DNA of 64,000 bases from Promethearchaeota archaeon (lineage in GTDB: Archaea > Asgardarchaeota > Lokiarchaeia > Sigyniarchaeales > SOKP01): NCBI GenBank assembly GCA_019058445.1, contig JAHPZA010000003.1, forward strand, positions 292,819 to 356,818, in the 5' to 3' direction. The notes beneath the pieces are model-generated. The model saw nothing but the letters and a program-made list of their open reading frames with translations, was not told the origin of the DNA and made no database searches. The position numbers were made by a program, and so were the translations under genes. Shown piece by piece: positions 40,433-50,875 of the stretch; positions within the stretch are counted from its first letter, which is position 1; every line of letters starts with the position of its first letter.

Positions 40433-41200
40433 TTAATCATTTAAAATTTGTTTAACAATTTTCTCCATTTCAATAAGACTCGGAGACTCATCTAATAGTT
40501 CAATTATAGGTTTACCTTCCAAATCATAATTCGTAATATTTTGATCATCCGGTATCTGTCCGATTATGGGTAAGTTTAATTCATTTAATTTCTTATAAAT
40601 AATCTCTATGTTCCCTTTTACTTTATTAATAATAACTCCTATTTTTTTGTAGCTTGTGAACTTTTTAGCACTCTTCCTAATGGAATTAGCGGTTTCAATG
40701 CTTCTTAAAGAGATATCAGTGACAATTATTATGAAATCGACGGATTTTAAGACCATTCGATTAATTTGCTCAAGTCCTGCTTCGCAATCGATTAAGATAA
40801 TATTAAAATCTTTCGTAATTGATTCTAATACTTTTCTTAATAGAGTATTTGAAGGACAAAAACATCCCGGTCCCTCCGGCTGTCCAATTGAAAATAAGCA
40901 AAAATTTTTACTTTCAGCCATCCCTTCATATACATCAAAATCAATTCTTTCTGCGAGTTTTTGAGTATCTTCACTTTTACTGTGGGCTTGTCTTACAGCA
41001 TTAAGTCTAATTTGTTCAAGACTCTTCTCAGGAGTAAGTTTTACCATACTACATAAATGAGGGTGAGTCGGATCGGCATCAATTAACAGCATCTTATAAT
41101 CATATAATTGAGTAATTATTTTAGCCATTAGAGTTGTAAGTACGGTTTTACCAACTCCTCCCTTTCCTGTTACGGCAATTGTAAGTGGATTAGCTTTCAT
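40433..41200 (-). CDS. cooC: CooC/AcsF-type nickel-insertion ATPase
   Basis: GKGGVGKT, IDADP, GCFCP (CxC) and DCEAGLEQ motifs. Confidence 0.85.
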   Translation of the reverse strand: MKANPLTIAVTGKGGVGKTVLTTLMAKIITQLYDYKMLLIDADPTHPHLCSMVKLTPEKSLEQIRLNAVRQAHSKSEDTQKLAERIDFDVYEGMAESKNFCLFSIGQPEGPGCFCPSNTLLRKVLESITKDFNIILIDCEAGLEQINRMVLKSVDFIIIVTDISLRSIETANSIRKSAKKFTSYKKIGVIINKVKGNIEIIYKKLNELNLPIIGQIPDDQNITNYDLEGKPIIELLDESPSLIEMEKIVKQILND

Positions 41201-41229
41201 TTTATGTTTAGAATGGTTTTTTTAATTTA

Positions 41230-41994
41230 TTACTCCCCCATTTTACTTCGTTCCTCCAAAACTTCCTTAACTTCCTCACATATATCATAATATGGACATA
41301 CCTCACATTCCCAATCATAGTCGCAATCTATTCTTTTCTTCCATTTCTCTATTTTATCTTTCCATTTTAAGTCAATATACTTACGGATATCAGATGTGAT
41401 TTCAATAAATTTATCTATTAACTCCGGATATGAATTAATAAAAATTACTTCGATAGAGGTGATTAATTCCTTAAAATATTGCTTATATAAGTGGATAATG
41501 GCTTTTCCTAATAATTCAAAAGAGAACTTTTTTTTTACGCTTTCACTAATACGACACCAAAATCTTCTTGGGATGGTACGGATCATAAAGCCTTCAATCC
41601 CGCTCGAGATAAAACTAAGATGTCTAAGCGCATCAAATTCTTTTTCACTTATCTTTGTAGAACCAATTAATATGAAAATTCCAAAATCAATTGACTGTTC
41701 TGAGATTTCATTTATTTCCGGACCAATTAAAGTGATTATTCCATCTTGAATATGGGCTATTTCATAATAAGGATATACTAATGAGAAAGATTTCTTATTT
41801 ATGCCCCCTAATTCAAGGCCTGTTTCTTCTTTTAAAATAATTTCTTTAAAACCATCTAATTCTACACCTATCTTCATTTTTTTAAAGTAAGTAGAGAGTT
41901 CTGAAGTCTTTTCATAAACACTAACCTTCTTTCCAGCATTAGCTTCCTTTTCTATAAATTCTCTAATCCTTTCTATTGCTTTTGAGTTTTCCAC
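41230..41994 (-). CDS. Short acetyl-CoA synthase beta-subunit-like protein with Cys-rich C-terminus
   Basis: ELGG..SFSLV, DGIITLIGPEI and EGFMIR..RFWCRIS resemble the ACS middle domain. The end carries CDYDWECEVCPYYDIC. Confidence 0.65.
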   Translation of the reverse strand: MENSKAIERIREFIEKEANAGKKVSVYEKTSELSTYFKKMKIGVELDGFKEIILKEETGLELGGINKKSFSLVYPYYEIAHIQDGIITLIGPEINEISEQSIDFGIFILIGSTKISEKEFDALRHLSFISSGIEGFMIRTIPRRFWCRISESVKKKFSFELLGKAIIHLYKQYFKELITSIEVIFINSYPELIDKFIEITSDIRKYIDLKWKDKIEKWKKRIDCDYDWECEVCPYYDICEEVKEVLEERSKMGE

Positions 41995-42058
41995 TATTTA
42001 TTATAAACCTTTTTTACCTTTTAAATTGCCTTATTTAAATTTAATTTTGATTTAACTA

Positions 42059-43984
42059 TTATTCAAAGATTTCATGGAGAACTCTTCCTTGAGAATCCTT
42101 AGGTTTTGGAATTTTAAGATAATGGGCAAAAGTGGGGGCCAAATCGATTAAGTCCACGAAATCTTTCAATTCAATACCCTTTCTTATATTTGGACCTGTT
42201 ATAATTAGTGGAACGCTATTTGAGTAATTTCCGAACTTTTCATTCGGTAAATAATAAGCATGAGCTCCAAAACAGTTTTTTGCTGGAGAAATAACAGGTT
42301 CTCCCATATATTTTCTTGAAATTTCCGATGGATTGAGTTGTTCTAAAATTTCATCATAAATTTGATAAGGTGGATTTAAAAAATAAATCACATCTCCCAC
42401 TCTATTTCCGTTTAATCCTAAGTAATTGGCTTCTTCCCTTTTAAGAGCAAGTTTTATAACTTTGTCTCCAGTCTGAGGATCTTTCAAATTTGTTAGAGCA
42501 TCAATGATATTATCTCTTACTGATTCATATTCTGCAGAAGTTACTATACCTTGGGGATCCCTTCCCTTTAAATTTACCCAAATAAAAGGAGGTTCAACAT
42601 AAGGAAATGCATACGTCTTTTCCCAGTCTATGATATATTTTTTTTGAGCTTCATTCCACTTATAACTTAATAATCCGGCGTTCATTAAAACAAACGGAAT
42701 ATTGACGATCTTCCATGCGGGCATAGCACCATGATCAGATACAAATATCGTAATCGTTTCGTTATCTACACAAGAATTAAGTAAGTCCCCTACTAAGTCA
42801 TCGATAATTTTATAAGCTATCTCAACATTTCTACTCGCTCTTTGGAAGTTATCTTCGGAAAATATAGGTGAATTCTTATGCAAAAATGCTAATTCTTTAT
42901 GATTAACGCTATCTAAAAGATGGACATGAAAGTAGCAAACATTCCAATTTAACTGGGTCTTAGCGTATTTAATTGCGTTTTGTAATGTTAAAGCCTCTTT
43001 TCGGGCATAAGTTAAATAAGACTCAACTTTACCTTCAATTTTGTACTCAATTTCTTGAATTTTTGGAGCAAGATCATAACTTATAACATTTTTAATTAAA
43101 TCTTCACCTAATTCATCGGGTTTCGTCCAACCTTTAGTATTATAGATAGAAGTGGTTTGAATCTTTATTGAAGTACCCTCCTTAGAAAGCTCTAAGATTT
43201 TAATTTTAAATAAACAAGGTAAAACTCCATAATTTGTTGAAATTTCTGATTTTATCCAATCACTCCAGCCATTTTTCTTAATTATGATCCATTGATTATT
43301 TTTTTCATTAAGGATTGACAGAGAATCATAACCTTGACCATTAGAACTAGTAATATAACCGGATAAAACAGTTTTTTCAGGCGTGTTCACAGGAGTCATA
43401 TCAACACTTATTTGAAGTGGATCTTGTTCATTTTTAGGCATTTCGACATTATTCTTAACTTTCAAGATTCTTTTTGATAATATTTCTGAATCGCTTGAAA
43501 ATTCGAAAAATAGGGGGTATGATATTACTCTTGGAAATGATTTATAAATTTGAAAGTCACCAGTAAATTGCCATATGAGCAGACTCATCGCACCATTTTT
43601 AAAATTAGCTGGCCATCCACTGGGATAATTTATGACAAATGGAGTATATCCACTCCTATCTGCAACATCCCAAAGGTATTCTGCTTTGCAGAATCTCGAT
43701 AATTGAGTTCGTGACCTATGGCGTAAACCAAGCTCAAATGGATCACCTGGAATATGGACATAGAAACTTGTGGCACCATGGACTGCTGTCGTTGTTCCAG
43801 TAGCTATCGTCGTCCAGTTTGTAGGAGTATCACAGGGAGGACAAGAGTATGCCACGGTATATATTCCCTCCTCTACAAGTTGACTAATATTAGGCAAACT
43901 ACCTTCATTCATAAATTTCTTAACAAGGTAAGGTATTGCCTGGTCAACACCAATTAATAATAGCTTTTTTCGCTTGGAAGTCAT
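42059..43984 (-). CDS. Alkaline-phosphatase-superfamily phosphodiesterase (nucleotide pyrophosphatase type)
   Basis: LIGVDQA, TPTNWTTIATG, VSDHG, VNLKGRDPQGIV and DLAPT motifs. Confidence 0.85.
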   Translation of the reverse strand: MTSKRKKLLLIGVDQAIPYLVKKFMNEGSLPNISQLVEEGIYTVAYSCPPCDTPTNWTTIATGTTTAVHGATSFYVHIPGDPFELGLRHRSRTQLSRFCKAEYLWDVADRSGYTPFVINYPSGWPANFKNGAMSLLIWQFTGDFQIYKSFPRVISYPLFFEFSSDSEILSKRILKVKNNVEMPKNEQDPLQISVDMTPVNTPEKTVLSGYITSSNGQGYDSLSILNEKNNQWIIIKKNGWSDWIKSEISTNYGVLPCLFKIKILELSKEGTSIKIQTTSIYNTKGWTKPDELGEDLIKNVISYDLAPKIQEIEYKIEGKVESYLTYARKEALTLQNAIKYAKTQLNWNVCYFHVHLLDSVNHKELAFLHKNSPIFSEDNFQRASRNVEIAYKIIDDLVGDLLNSCVDNETITIFVSDHGAMPAWKIVNIPFVLMNAGLLSYKWNEAQKKYIIDWEKTYAFPYVEPPFIWVNLKGRDPQGIVTSAEYESVRDNIIDALTNLKDPQTGDKVIKLALKREEANYLGLNGNRVGDVIYFLNPPYQIYDEILEQLNPSEISRKYMGEPVISPAKNCFGAHAYYLPNEKFGNYSNSVPLIITGPNIRKGIELKDFVDLIDLAPTFAHYLKIPKPKDSQGRVLHEIFE

Positions 43985-44019
43985 TGTAAATCGCTTATAA
44001 AATTTATAAGATACGTTTT

Positions 44020-45573
44020 TTAAGGTTCCACATCATCTTTTAAAAAGATTTCTTTTGGAGCATAATTTACATCATGGAAACTTAACCTTTGATTGAACTC
44101 ATTTAGTCGAGTTAAAAAAGATTGATAGTCTTTTTTTATCTTTAATGACCACCCCGTTTCTGCTACGGCGCTTAACCGTGGAAAGGCCTGAAACTCTAAC
44201 CGTTTACTATCTTTAACATATTCAGCCCATACGCAAGCTTCAAGTCCTAATACATTTTGATGAAACTTATTTTCTAAATCATCAGGAATCGGATCATATT
44301 CATAAGTCCTATGAAGTGGGGTTCTCGAATAAGGATAATTTAAATATACTGCCCGCATTTCCGACATTACAATTTTCCGCCCTTTTCTAGCATTATCCAG
44401 AACTTCATCAAATTTCTCATTCCAATAATGACAAATTGCATTATCTGCTAATTTATCATTTAGGATTTCATTCCAGCCCATCAATCTACGACCGTTAGAT
44501 TCTAAATAGTTGGCAATCCTATTCGTGAAATAAACTTGAAGTTCTTCTTCAGATTGAAGCCCTTCTTTAGAAATTCTGGCTTGACAATCAGCGCATTTTT
44601 TCCATCTCCTTTTAGGAACCTCATCGCCTCCAGTATGAATAATTTTAGAAGAAAAGACCTCCATTACCTCGTCTAATACATTTTGCACAAAGTCAAATAC
44701 TTTTTCTTTTCCTACGCATAAAATTTCTTTATGAATTCCGAAATGTGTACTTACTTCAAAAGGTCCACCTGTACAGCTCAATTCCGGATATGATGCGAGA
44801 ACTGCCGTCACATGACCTGGGACATCTATTTCTGGATTAATGGTAATATATCGATCAGAAGCATATTCTATAATTTCCTTTATTTCATCTTGGGTATAAG
44901 ACCCTGATATAGGAATTCCATCAATTTTCCTCAGAGAGATATTAGTTCCTTTCCTTTTAGAGCCAATTTCTATGAGACGGGGGTATTTTTTTATTTCTAT
45001 TCGCCAACCTTGATCATCAGTTAAATGCCAATGAAATATATTAAATTTTAAACTGGCCATAATGTCAAGCATTTTTTTTACCGTATCCTTGCCAAAGAAA
45101 TGCCTTGACTCATCCAACATAAATCCTCGCCAAGAAAATCGAGGAAAATCATCAATACTTACGCATGGAATACTCCATTCCATAGTTATTTTAGAAGGAC
45201 TCTCAATCTCAATAGGAAATAATTGTCGTAGGGTTTGAATCCCATAAAAAACACCTTGGGGGGTAGTTCCCGATATTATTATCTTATCTGGATCAGCTTC
45301 AAGAGTATATCCTTCAGGATTTGGTGAGCTTTCATTTTCCTCAACATTAAGAATAATAAGATTGATATCTTCCTCATTCTTGTTCAAGCTCTTTATAGCT
45401 AATTCAAATCCAGTTGCTGGAGCTATAAGTTCTTTTAAATATTCTGCTTGTTTTTTTAAAGTTGGAACTGTAGCAATAACAGTCTTATTATTGAGAATAA
45501 ATTGACCTTGTTTTACATCAATTCTTTTTGGTTTCGGGATGATTGAAATTCCTTCATTTGATTTGGGTTCCAT
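44020..45573 (-). CDS. GH20 beta-N-acetylhexosaminidase
   Basis: PRFSWRGFMLDESRHF, HWHLTDDQGWR, PEIDVPGH and catalytic HTGGDE. Confidence 0.95.
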   Translation of the reverse strand: MEPKSNEGISIIPKPKRIDVKQGQFILNNKTVIATVPTLKKQAEYLKELIAPATGFELAIKSLNKNEEDINLIILNVEENESSPNPEGYTLEADPDKIIISGTTPQGVFYGIQTLRQLFPIEIESPSKITMEWSIPCVSIDDFPRFSWRGFMLDESRHFFGKDTVKKMLDIMASLKFNIFHWHLTDDQGWRIEIKKYPRLIEIGSKRKGTNISLRKIDGIPISGSYTQDEIKEIIEYASDRYITINPEIDVPGHVTAVLASYPELSCTGGPFEVSTHFGIHKEILCVGKEKVFDFVQNVLDEVMEVFSSKIIHTGGDEVPKRRWKKCADCQARISKEGLQSEEELQVYFTNRIANYLESNGRRLMGWNEILNDKLADNAICHYWNEKFDEVLDNARKGRKIVMSEMRAVYLNYPYSRTPLHRTYEYDPIPDDLENKFHQNVLGLEACVWAEYVKDSKRLEFQAFPRLSAVAETGWSLKIKKDYQSFLTRLNEFNQRLSFHDVNYAPKEIFLKDDVEP

Positions 45574-45776
45574 AATATCCACTAATATAAAGTATAAAGT
45601 AAATTTTGAATTAATTATGGATTTTATTTTTAAAATTAATATTTTTCCTTTTAATTTCAAAAAACTAATATATTAAAGAAATCGACTCGATTAGCTAACA
45701 TAATTAATCCTAAATATTATATATAATGAAAATTAATCTAAAATTATCATTTTAGCTAATTTTTAAGGGATAATAA

Positions 45777-46625
45777 ATGTGTAAATTTTGTAGGAAACAT
45801 GCAAAAGAGCATGGAAAGTGGTATCTTAACCCAGAAGGATATACTGAAGAACTATTTTACAAATTGAATTTATTAGATAGAATTTTAGGAAGAAAACCAA
45901 AAAAAGTAAGAGACGCATACAAAAGCGCCGATGCTGCTTGGTATCCCTTGGATATCTCAAAACAACTTGAATTAGTTGATTTAGCTAGTAAACCCGTGTT
46001 AGGGAAATTAGTCAGGATGATAGGCAATCATATTGCAATCAAATCTCATTCAGGACAAGTAGTTCCCACGGAAGATGCCCTCAAAATTGTAGATTTAAGC
46101 CATGATCATGCTGTTTATCCTTGTATGTGTAAAAGACTTTTTAAAGGACAAGATGAATACAAGTGTCTAAACTTTGCTCCTATCACAGACATAACGAGAC
46201 ACACTCCAAGACATTGGAAAGAAAAAAGACTCAGCCCAGAAGAAGCCAAAGCATGGTTACAAGACTTTTCAGATAAAGGATATGTCCATGCGGTGTTCTG
46301 GTGGTGCGATATGCCTCAGGCAATTTGTATTTGTAATTGTGACAATAAATATTGCTATGCATCCAGACCAAAGAATTGGTATGATATAACAAACGTGTAT
46401 CGTAGAGCAGAATACGTAGCTGAGGTCGATCCAGATGAATGCATCAGTTGTGGCAAATGTCAAGAAAGATGCCAATTTGGCGCAATCAGCTATGATTCTA
46501 ATGGACGAGCTCAAGTAGATCCTAGAATTTGCTTTGGTTGTGGTCAATGTCGGGGCGTGTGCGAACAAAATGCCTTAAAACTTGTAGATAGAAATACCCA
46601 CACAATCGCAAAGAAAATTTGGTAA
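45777..46625 (+). CDS. 4Fe-4S dicluster-domain protein
   Basis: CISCGKCQERC and CFGCGQCRGVC, plus CMC and ICNC motifs. Confidence 0.85.
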   Translation: MCKFCRKHAKEHGKWYLNPEGYTEELFYKLNLLDRILGRKPKKVRDAYKSADAAWYPLDISKQLELVDLASKPVLGKLVRMIGNHIAIKSHSGQVVPTEDALKIVDLSHDHAVYPCMCKRLFKGQDEYKCLNFAPITDITRHTPRHWKEKRLSPEEAKAWLQDFSDKGYVHAVFWWCDMPQAICICNCDNKYCYASRPKNWYDITNVYRRAEYVAEVDPDECISCGKCQERCQFGAISYDSNGRAQVDPRICFGCGQCRGVCEQNALKLVDRNTHTIAKKIW

Positions 46626-46903
46626 AGGTGAAATTCAATATGGTTAAATTCCAATTCGATCCAACTAAGTGCATATTACCTTATGATGCCAAAGAACTCC
46701 GCCCCACAAAATGTTTGAAATGTTTAGAGGTGTGTCCTGGGTCATTATTGATGTTTCGTCCCCTAAAAGAAAAGGACGAGAACGGAGCTCCTAAGTTTTT
46801 TGAAATTCATATGCTCTTCAAAGCTTATAGCAAAAAATATTGTCCTGATTGCTTCAAATGCGTTGAAATTTGTCCCGAGCAAGCTATAAAAATTATTATC
46901 TGA
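46619..46903 (+). CDS. Small ferredoxin-like protein
   Basis: CLKCLEVCP and CPDCFKCVEICP. Start uncertain (possibly 46640). Confidence 0.8.
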   Translation: MVKVKFNMVKFQFDPTKCILPYDAKELRPTKCLKCLEVCPGSLLMFRPLKEKDENGAPKFFEIHMLFKAYSKKYCPDCFKCVEICPEQAIKIII

Positions 46904-46906
46904 AAA

Positions 46907-47998
46907 TTATTTGTTTAAGATCTTTTTGGTGTATTCTCCTATTTTTTGAAATGCTTCATCTGCTTCTGGTAACTGATGTAAACCAAAGCCTTGAAATACA
47001 TGGACCATTTCATCCCACGATTGTAATTCAATATCCACACCTGCCTTTTTAGCTCGTTCATAAAATCGTTTAATCTCACTATAAAGAATTTCACAAGAAC
47101 TTGCTTGGATTAATATGGGTGGTAATCCCTTTAAATCTCCAAATAAAGGGGAAATCAAAGGATCTTGAGAATTAGCTCCTGCAATATAAATATAAGGCCA
47201 CCAAAAAATTCCAAGATCTGCTAAAATTGGGTCTGTTTCTCCATTTTTAATAGATAAATCATCTAGACGTGAAATATCTTCTACATATGAAAGATCAGTG
47301 GCTGGTGAGATTGGTATTGCTCCAGCAGGTAAAGGTATTCCATCATCTCGTAATTTTATAAGACTTGAGAGTGTTAAATTTCCCCCTGCTGAATCTCCTG
47401 CTATTATTATATTTTCGGGTTTTATATCATTGGATAACAACCATTTATAAGCCGCAACACAATCTTCCACTGCTGCTGGGAATGGATGCTCTGGCGCAAG
47501 CTTATAATCAACACTTAGAACCCGCATTTTAGTTACCTTGGCCAATTCAAGGGTTAGTAATCGACAGGTATTTGGAGATCCCATAATCCATCCACCTCCA
47601 TGGAAATACAATAAGACTCTTTCTTTATGCGCCCCAGGTACGGTTTGCCACTCAGCGGGGATTTCATTGATTACGATTTTCTCAATTTTTACATCATCGG
47701 GTATTGGAGTCTTTTTTTGTTCTAAACTTGCACCATAATCGAATCCATGCCTAAGCAAGTTTACCATAAAGCGTCTTTCTTTTTCCGTTAATAAATTAGT
47801 TAATTCTTCAACATTTTTCTCTTTTTTAAAAAACAATTCATTTGCGTCCGTGATTTTCTTATAAAGTGTCTGGAAATTAAATTCTTTATTCTCTTCTCTG
47901 CTTAAAAATTCCAAAATTCCAGTCATTTGCTCTTTAAAACCATCATCATAAATTTTAAGAACATCTGGTCGAATTTTTTTTCTATTTAAAATAGGCAT
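46907..47998 (-). CDS. Alpha/beta hydrolase, HSL-family esterase
   Basis: HGGG, YKLAPEHPFPA, GDSAGG and HVF motifs. Confidence 0.92.
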   Translation of the reverse strand: MPILNRKKIRPDVLKIYDDGFKEQMTGILEFLSREENKEFNFQTLYKKITDANELFFKKEKNVEELTNLLTEKERRFMVNLLRHGFDYGASLEQKKTPIPDDVKIEKIVINEIPAEWQTVPGAHKERVLLYFHGGGWIMGSPNTCRLLTLELAKVTKMRVLSVDYKLAPEHPFPAAVEDCVAAYKWLLSNDIKPENIIIAGDSAGGNLTLSSLIKLRDDGIPLPAGAIPISPATDLSYVEDISRLDDLSIKNGETDPILADLGIFWWPYIYIAGANSQDPLISPLFGDLKGLPPILIQASSCEILYSEIKRFYERAKKAGVDIELQSWDEMVHVFQGFGLHQLPEADEAFQKIGEYTKKILNK

Positions 47999-48122
47999 TA
48001 TTTAATCTACCTCGAATAATTTTAGAATTTATACTTATAAATTTGAATTAACTTCAATTGCTTATAATTTTTTATTTAACAATAGGAAAAAAAAAAAGTA
48101 AGTAAAATTAAATTAAATTGAA

Positions 48123-49517
48123 ATGATAGAATTTGAACAGATTTTTTATGCCAAATCAATTGCCATAGTAGGAGCTTCGAATAAACCGTCAAAAGCTGCC
48201 CATCAGATAATTAATACCATGCTTAAAGGAGGATATCAAGGCACTATCTATCCAATTCATCCAAGAGAAAAGGATGTTTTAGGATTAAAATGTTATCAAT
48301 CAATATCAGAAATTGAAGAATCCCTCGATTTATTAGTCATTGGAGTTCCTGCAAAAGAAGTGTATAAAATATTTCTAGAAGCTTCTACTCGTGGAGATAT
48401 TAAAGGAGCGGTAATTTTATCAGCTGGATTTAGTGAAACTGGTGATCCTGAATTGATAGAATTAGAAGATAAAATCGTTAATATTGCAAAAAAAGCCGGA
48501 ATTAGAATATTTGGTCCAAATTGTATTGGAATTATCAATTCGGATATTAAGTTAAGTACTAGTTTTGCTCCAGTCTCTAAAGTTGCTAATGGTAATCTTG
48601 CATTTATCACTCAGAGTGGCTCATTTGGGGGATCGCTTCTGATGCTAGCTGAGGAATCCCCTAAACCTTTAGGATTTAATAAATGGGCCCATGTAGGAAA
48701 CATGTCGGACGTTACTAATATCGAAATCTTAGAATATTTTGGTACTGACCCAAAAATAACTTCAATTGGCATGTATTTAGAAGGGCTAGCTCATGGAAAT
48801 GAGCTTTTGAAGATCGCAAAAAACATTACTCAAAAAAAACCTATATTTTTGTTAAAAGTAGGCAGAACAGAATTAGGTTCAAGAGCGACCTTATCTCACA
48901 CAGGGATTATTGCTGGTTCTGATAAAATTTATGATGGTGCACTTAAACAATCTGGGATAATTAGAGTAGACAATATGGAGGAGTTAATTGACTCCTTAAA
49001 AGCTTCTTCAACGCTCCCAAAACCTAAAGGGAATAAGGTTTGTGTACTAACAGAAGCAGGAGGTCCAGGGATTATTACTATTGATGAGATTACTAAAGAT
49101 AACTTTTTACAATTAGCTCCAATAACAGACCATACAATTAACCAATTAAAAAAAGTATTATATCCTATGGCGACGATATGTAAGCCAAATGGCTATATAG
49201 ATATGACTGCTGCTGCCTTGGAAAAAGAACATGCCGATTCGTTAAGATTAGTATTAGAAGATCCGCATGTGGACAGTGTAATCTTAATATCTTTGCCACC
49301 AACTTTTCTACCTGCTCTCAATGTAGCTAAAAGTATTGCTGAGGTTATAAATAAATATAATAAACCAGTTGCAGTCTGTTTTATGAAAGGTGTAAAAATG
49401 CTTGAATCTAGAAAATTTTTAGAAAAAAATAATATTCCAACATTTGATAATCCTAGAAGAGCAGCTAGAGCTTTAATTAATTTAACAAAAGCTTCGAGCT
49501 ACCTTAAAACAGAATAA
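48123..49517 (+). CDS. ADP-forming acyl-CoA synthetase alpha subunit-like
   Basis: IAIVGAS CoA-binding domain, GPNCIG, TQSG and SHTG (phospho-His). No ATP-grasp partner in the window. Confidence 0.85.
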   Translation: MIEFEQIFYAKSIAIVGASNKPSKAAHQIINTMLKGGYQGTIYPIHPREKDVLGLKCYQSISEIEESLDLLVIGVPAKEVYKIFLEASTRGDIKGAVILSAGFSETGDPELIELEDKIVNIAKKAGIRIFGPNCIGIINSDIKLSTSFAPVSKVANGNLAFITQSGSFGGSLLMLAEESPKPLGFNKWAHVGNMSDVTNIEILEYFGTDPKITSIGMYLEGLAHGNELLKIAKNITQKKPIFLLKVGRTELGSRATLSHTGIIAGSDKIYDGALKQSGIIRVDNMEELIDSLKASSTLPKPKGNKVCVLTEAGGPGIITIDEITKDNFLQLAPITDHTINQLKKVLYPMATICKPNGYIDMTAAALEKEHADSLRLVLEDPHVDSVILISLPPTFLPALNVAKSIAEVINKYNKPVAVCFMKGVKMLESRKFLEKNNIPTFDNPRRAARALINLTKASSYLKTE

Positions 49518-49533
49518 AAACTGGTTAATAATC

Positions 49534-50823
49534 TCATTTTCGATAGATTCCATACTTGAATGTAGCATCAGTCATCGCTTTTACATTTTCAGGTTTGGAT
49601 TCGTCAGGAATTCCAGAAACCCCCCCATCTACAATATATCCTCCTCCTTCCATGCACCCTTCAATTGACTGCTTAACATAATCCTCTACTTGCTGAGGGG
49701 TACCAGTCACTAAAAGAGAGCCAGGTACATTTCCTTTAATACACGCATAATCTCCAAAATCCTCTTTTCCCTTAATAATATCTGATTGATCAAACCAGTA
49801 TACAAGTCTCCCTTTATGTTTTTTAGCAAATTCGGTAAGATAGGGGAACCTATCTGTATATTTCCCTTCAAAAAACGGCATTGGAATTAAATTATTCTTA
49901 ATGAGTCCCTCCATGATTTTAGTTAATGTAGGCCAATAAAATTCCTCAAATTGCTCGAAGCTCATAAAACTTTCAGCTCCTCTATGTAGTGGAATGAAAA
50001 TAATATTGTTTTCTTTAAACATTTTTGCGAGATTCGCCACAGATGCTATTGACGATTCCACTAATAACTCTAACAATGCTTTTAATTCTTCAGGTTTTCG
50101 ATACATGTCTAACATGGTTCCCTTCATTCCTCTGAAAAATTCACTCACTACATCATATGGTGCCTGTGTGATATTTAAGAATTGTATTGGATATCCCATC
50201 TTCTTCATATCTCTGGAATAATTAAGTTGAGTCTGTATCCAGCTAAAAAAGCTCTGACTTGCTTGTTCAATGGTTTGGAGCATTTTTTTTGATTGGGGTA
50301 GTGCAAAATAGGATGGTAACCCAAGTTGGGACATATAACCACTAGCAAGACTAATTAAATTGGGAAATTCTGAGAAACCTACGAGATTTTTATAATGTCT
50401 TGGAAGAAGCTTTCGGAGTAAAAAGCCGGTTGGATCTTTAAAAAATTTTTCATATTCATTAGCTTTCATATATTCTCCCTCAACATATTGATAAGGCATA
50501 TTATCTTTCAAACTTTGCGTCTCTTCTTCTGCTCCAGGCCATTTAAAATATTTTACTCCCAATATATCATAAAGTGTTCCGTTAAACATCACTGCGATGG
50601 GAGGAACCATATCCCAATTGAGAGGACTAAAAGTTTTAATGGTTGCTTGAGCAAACTTATCTGGGTCATACATTGCTTCTTTTTTGCTCATTCCCTGCTG
50701 GTTAGAAGCATAAAATGTTGATAATGGTGCAATCGGTACTCTATCAGGTTCCTTTATACTTATCGTAGTCAAAACACGTTGAAATCGTTCCTTATATAGC
50801 TCTTTTGGCTTTTTTTCACTCAT
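49534..50823 (-). CDS. URO-D-family corrinoid methyltransferase (MtvB/MtoB-like), copy 4
   Basis: EPDRVP, FFRGMKG..DMYR.PE, FEEFYWP, GNVP and GGYI..PENV motifs. Confidence 0.82.
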   Translation of the reverse strand: MSEKKPKELYKERFQRVLTTISIKEPDRVPIAPLSTFYASNQQGMSKKEAMYDPDKFAQATIKTFSPLNWDMVPPIAVMFNGTLYDILGVKYFKWPGAEEETQSLKDNMPYQYVEGEYMKANEYEKFFKDPTGFLLRKLLPRHYKNLVGFSEFPNLISLASGYMSQLGLPSYFALPQSKKMLQTIEQASQSFFSWIQTQLNYSRDMKKMGYPIQFLNITQAPYDVVSEFFRGMKGTMLDMYRKPEELKALLELLVESSIASVANLAKMFKENNIIFIPLHRGAESFMSFEQFEEFYWPTLTKIMEGLIKNNLIPMPFFEGKYTDRFPYLTEFAKKHKGRLVYWFDQSDIIKGKEDFGDYACIKGNVPGSLLVTGTPQQVEDYVKQSIEGCMEGGGYIVDGGVSGIPDESKPENVKAMTDATFKYGIYRK

Positions 50824-50875
50824 AATAGTACACTTTTTTTTATATTATATGAAATTTATTCCTAAATTAAAAACA

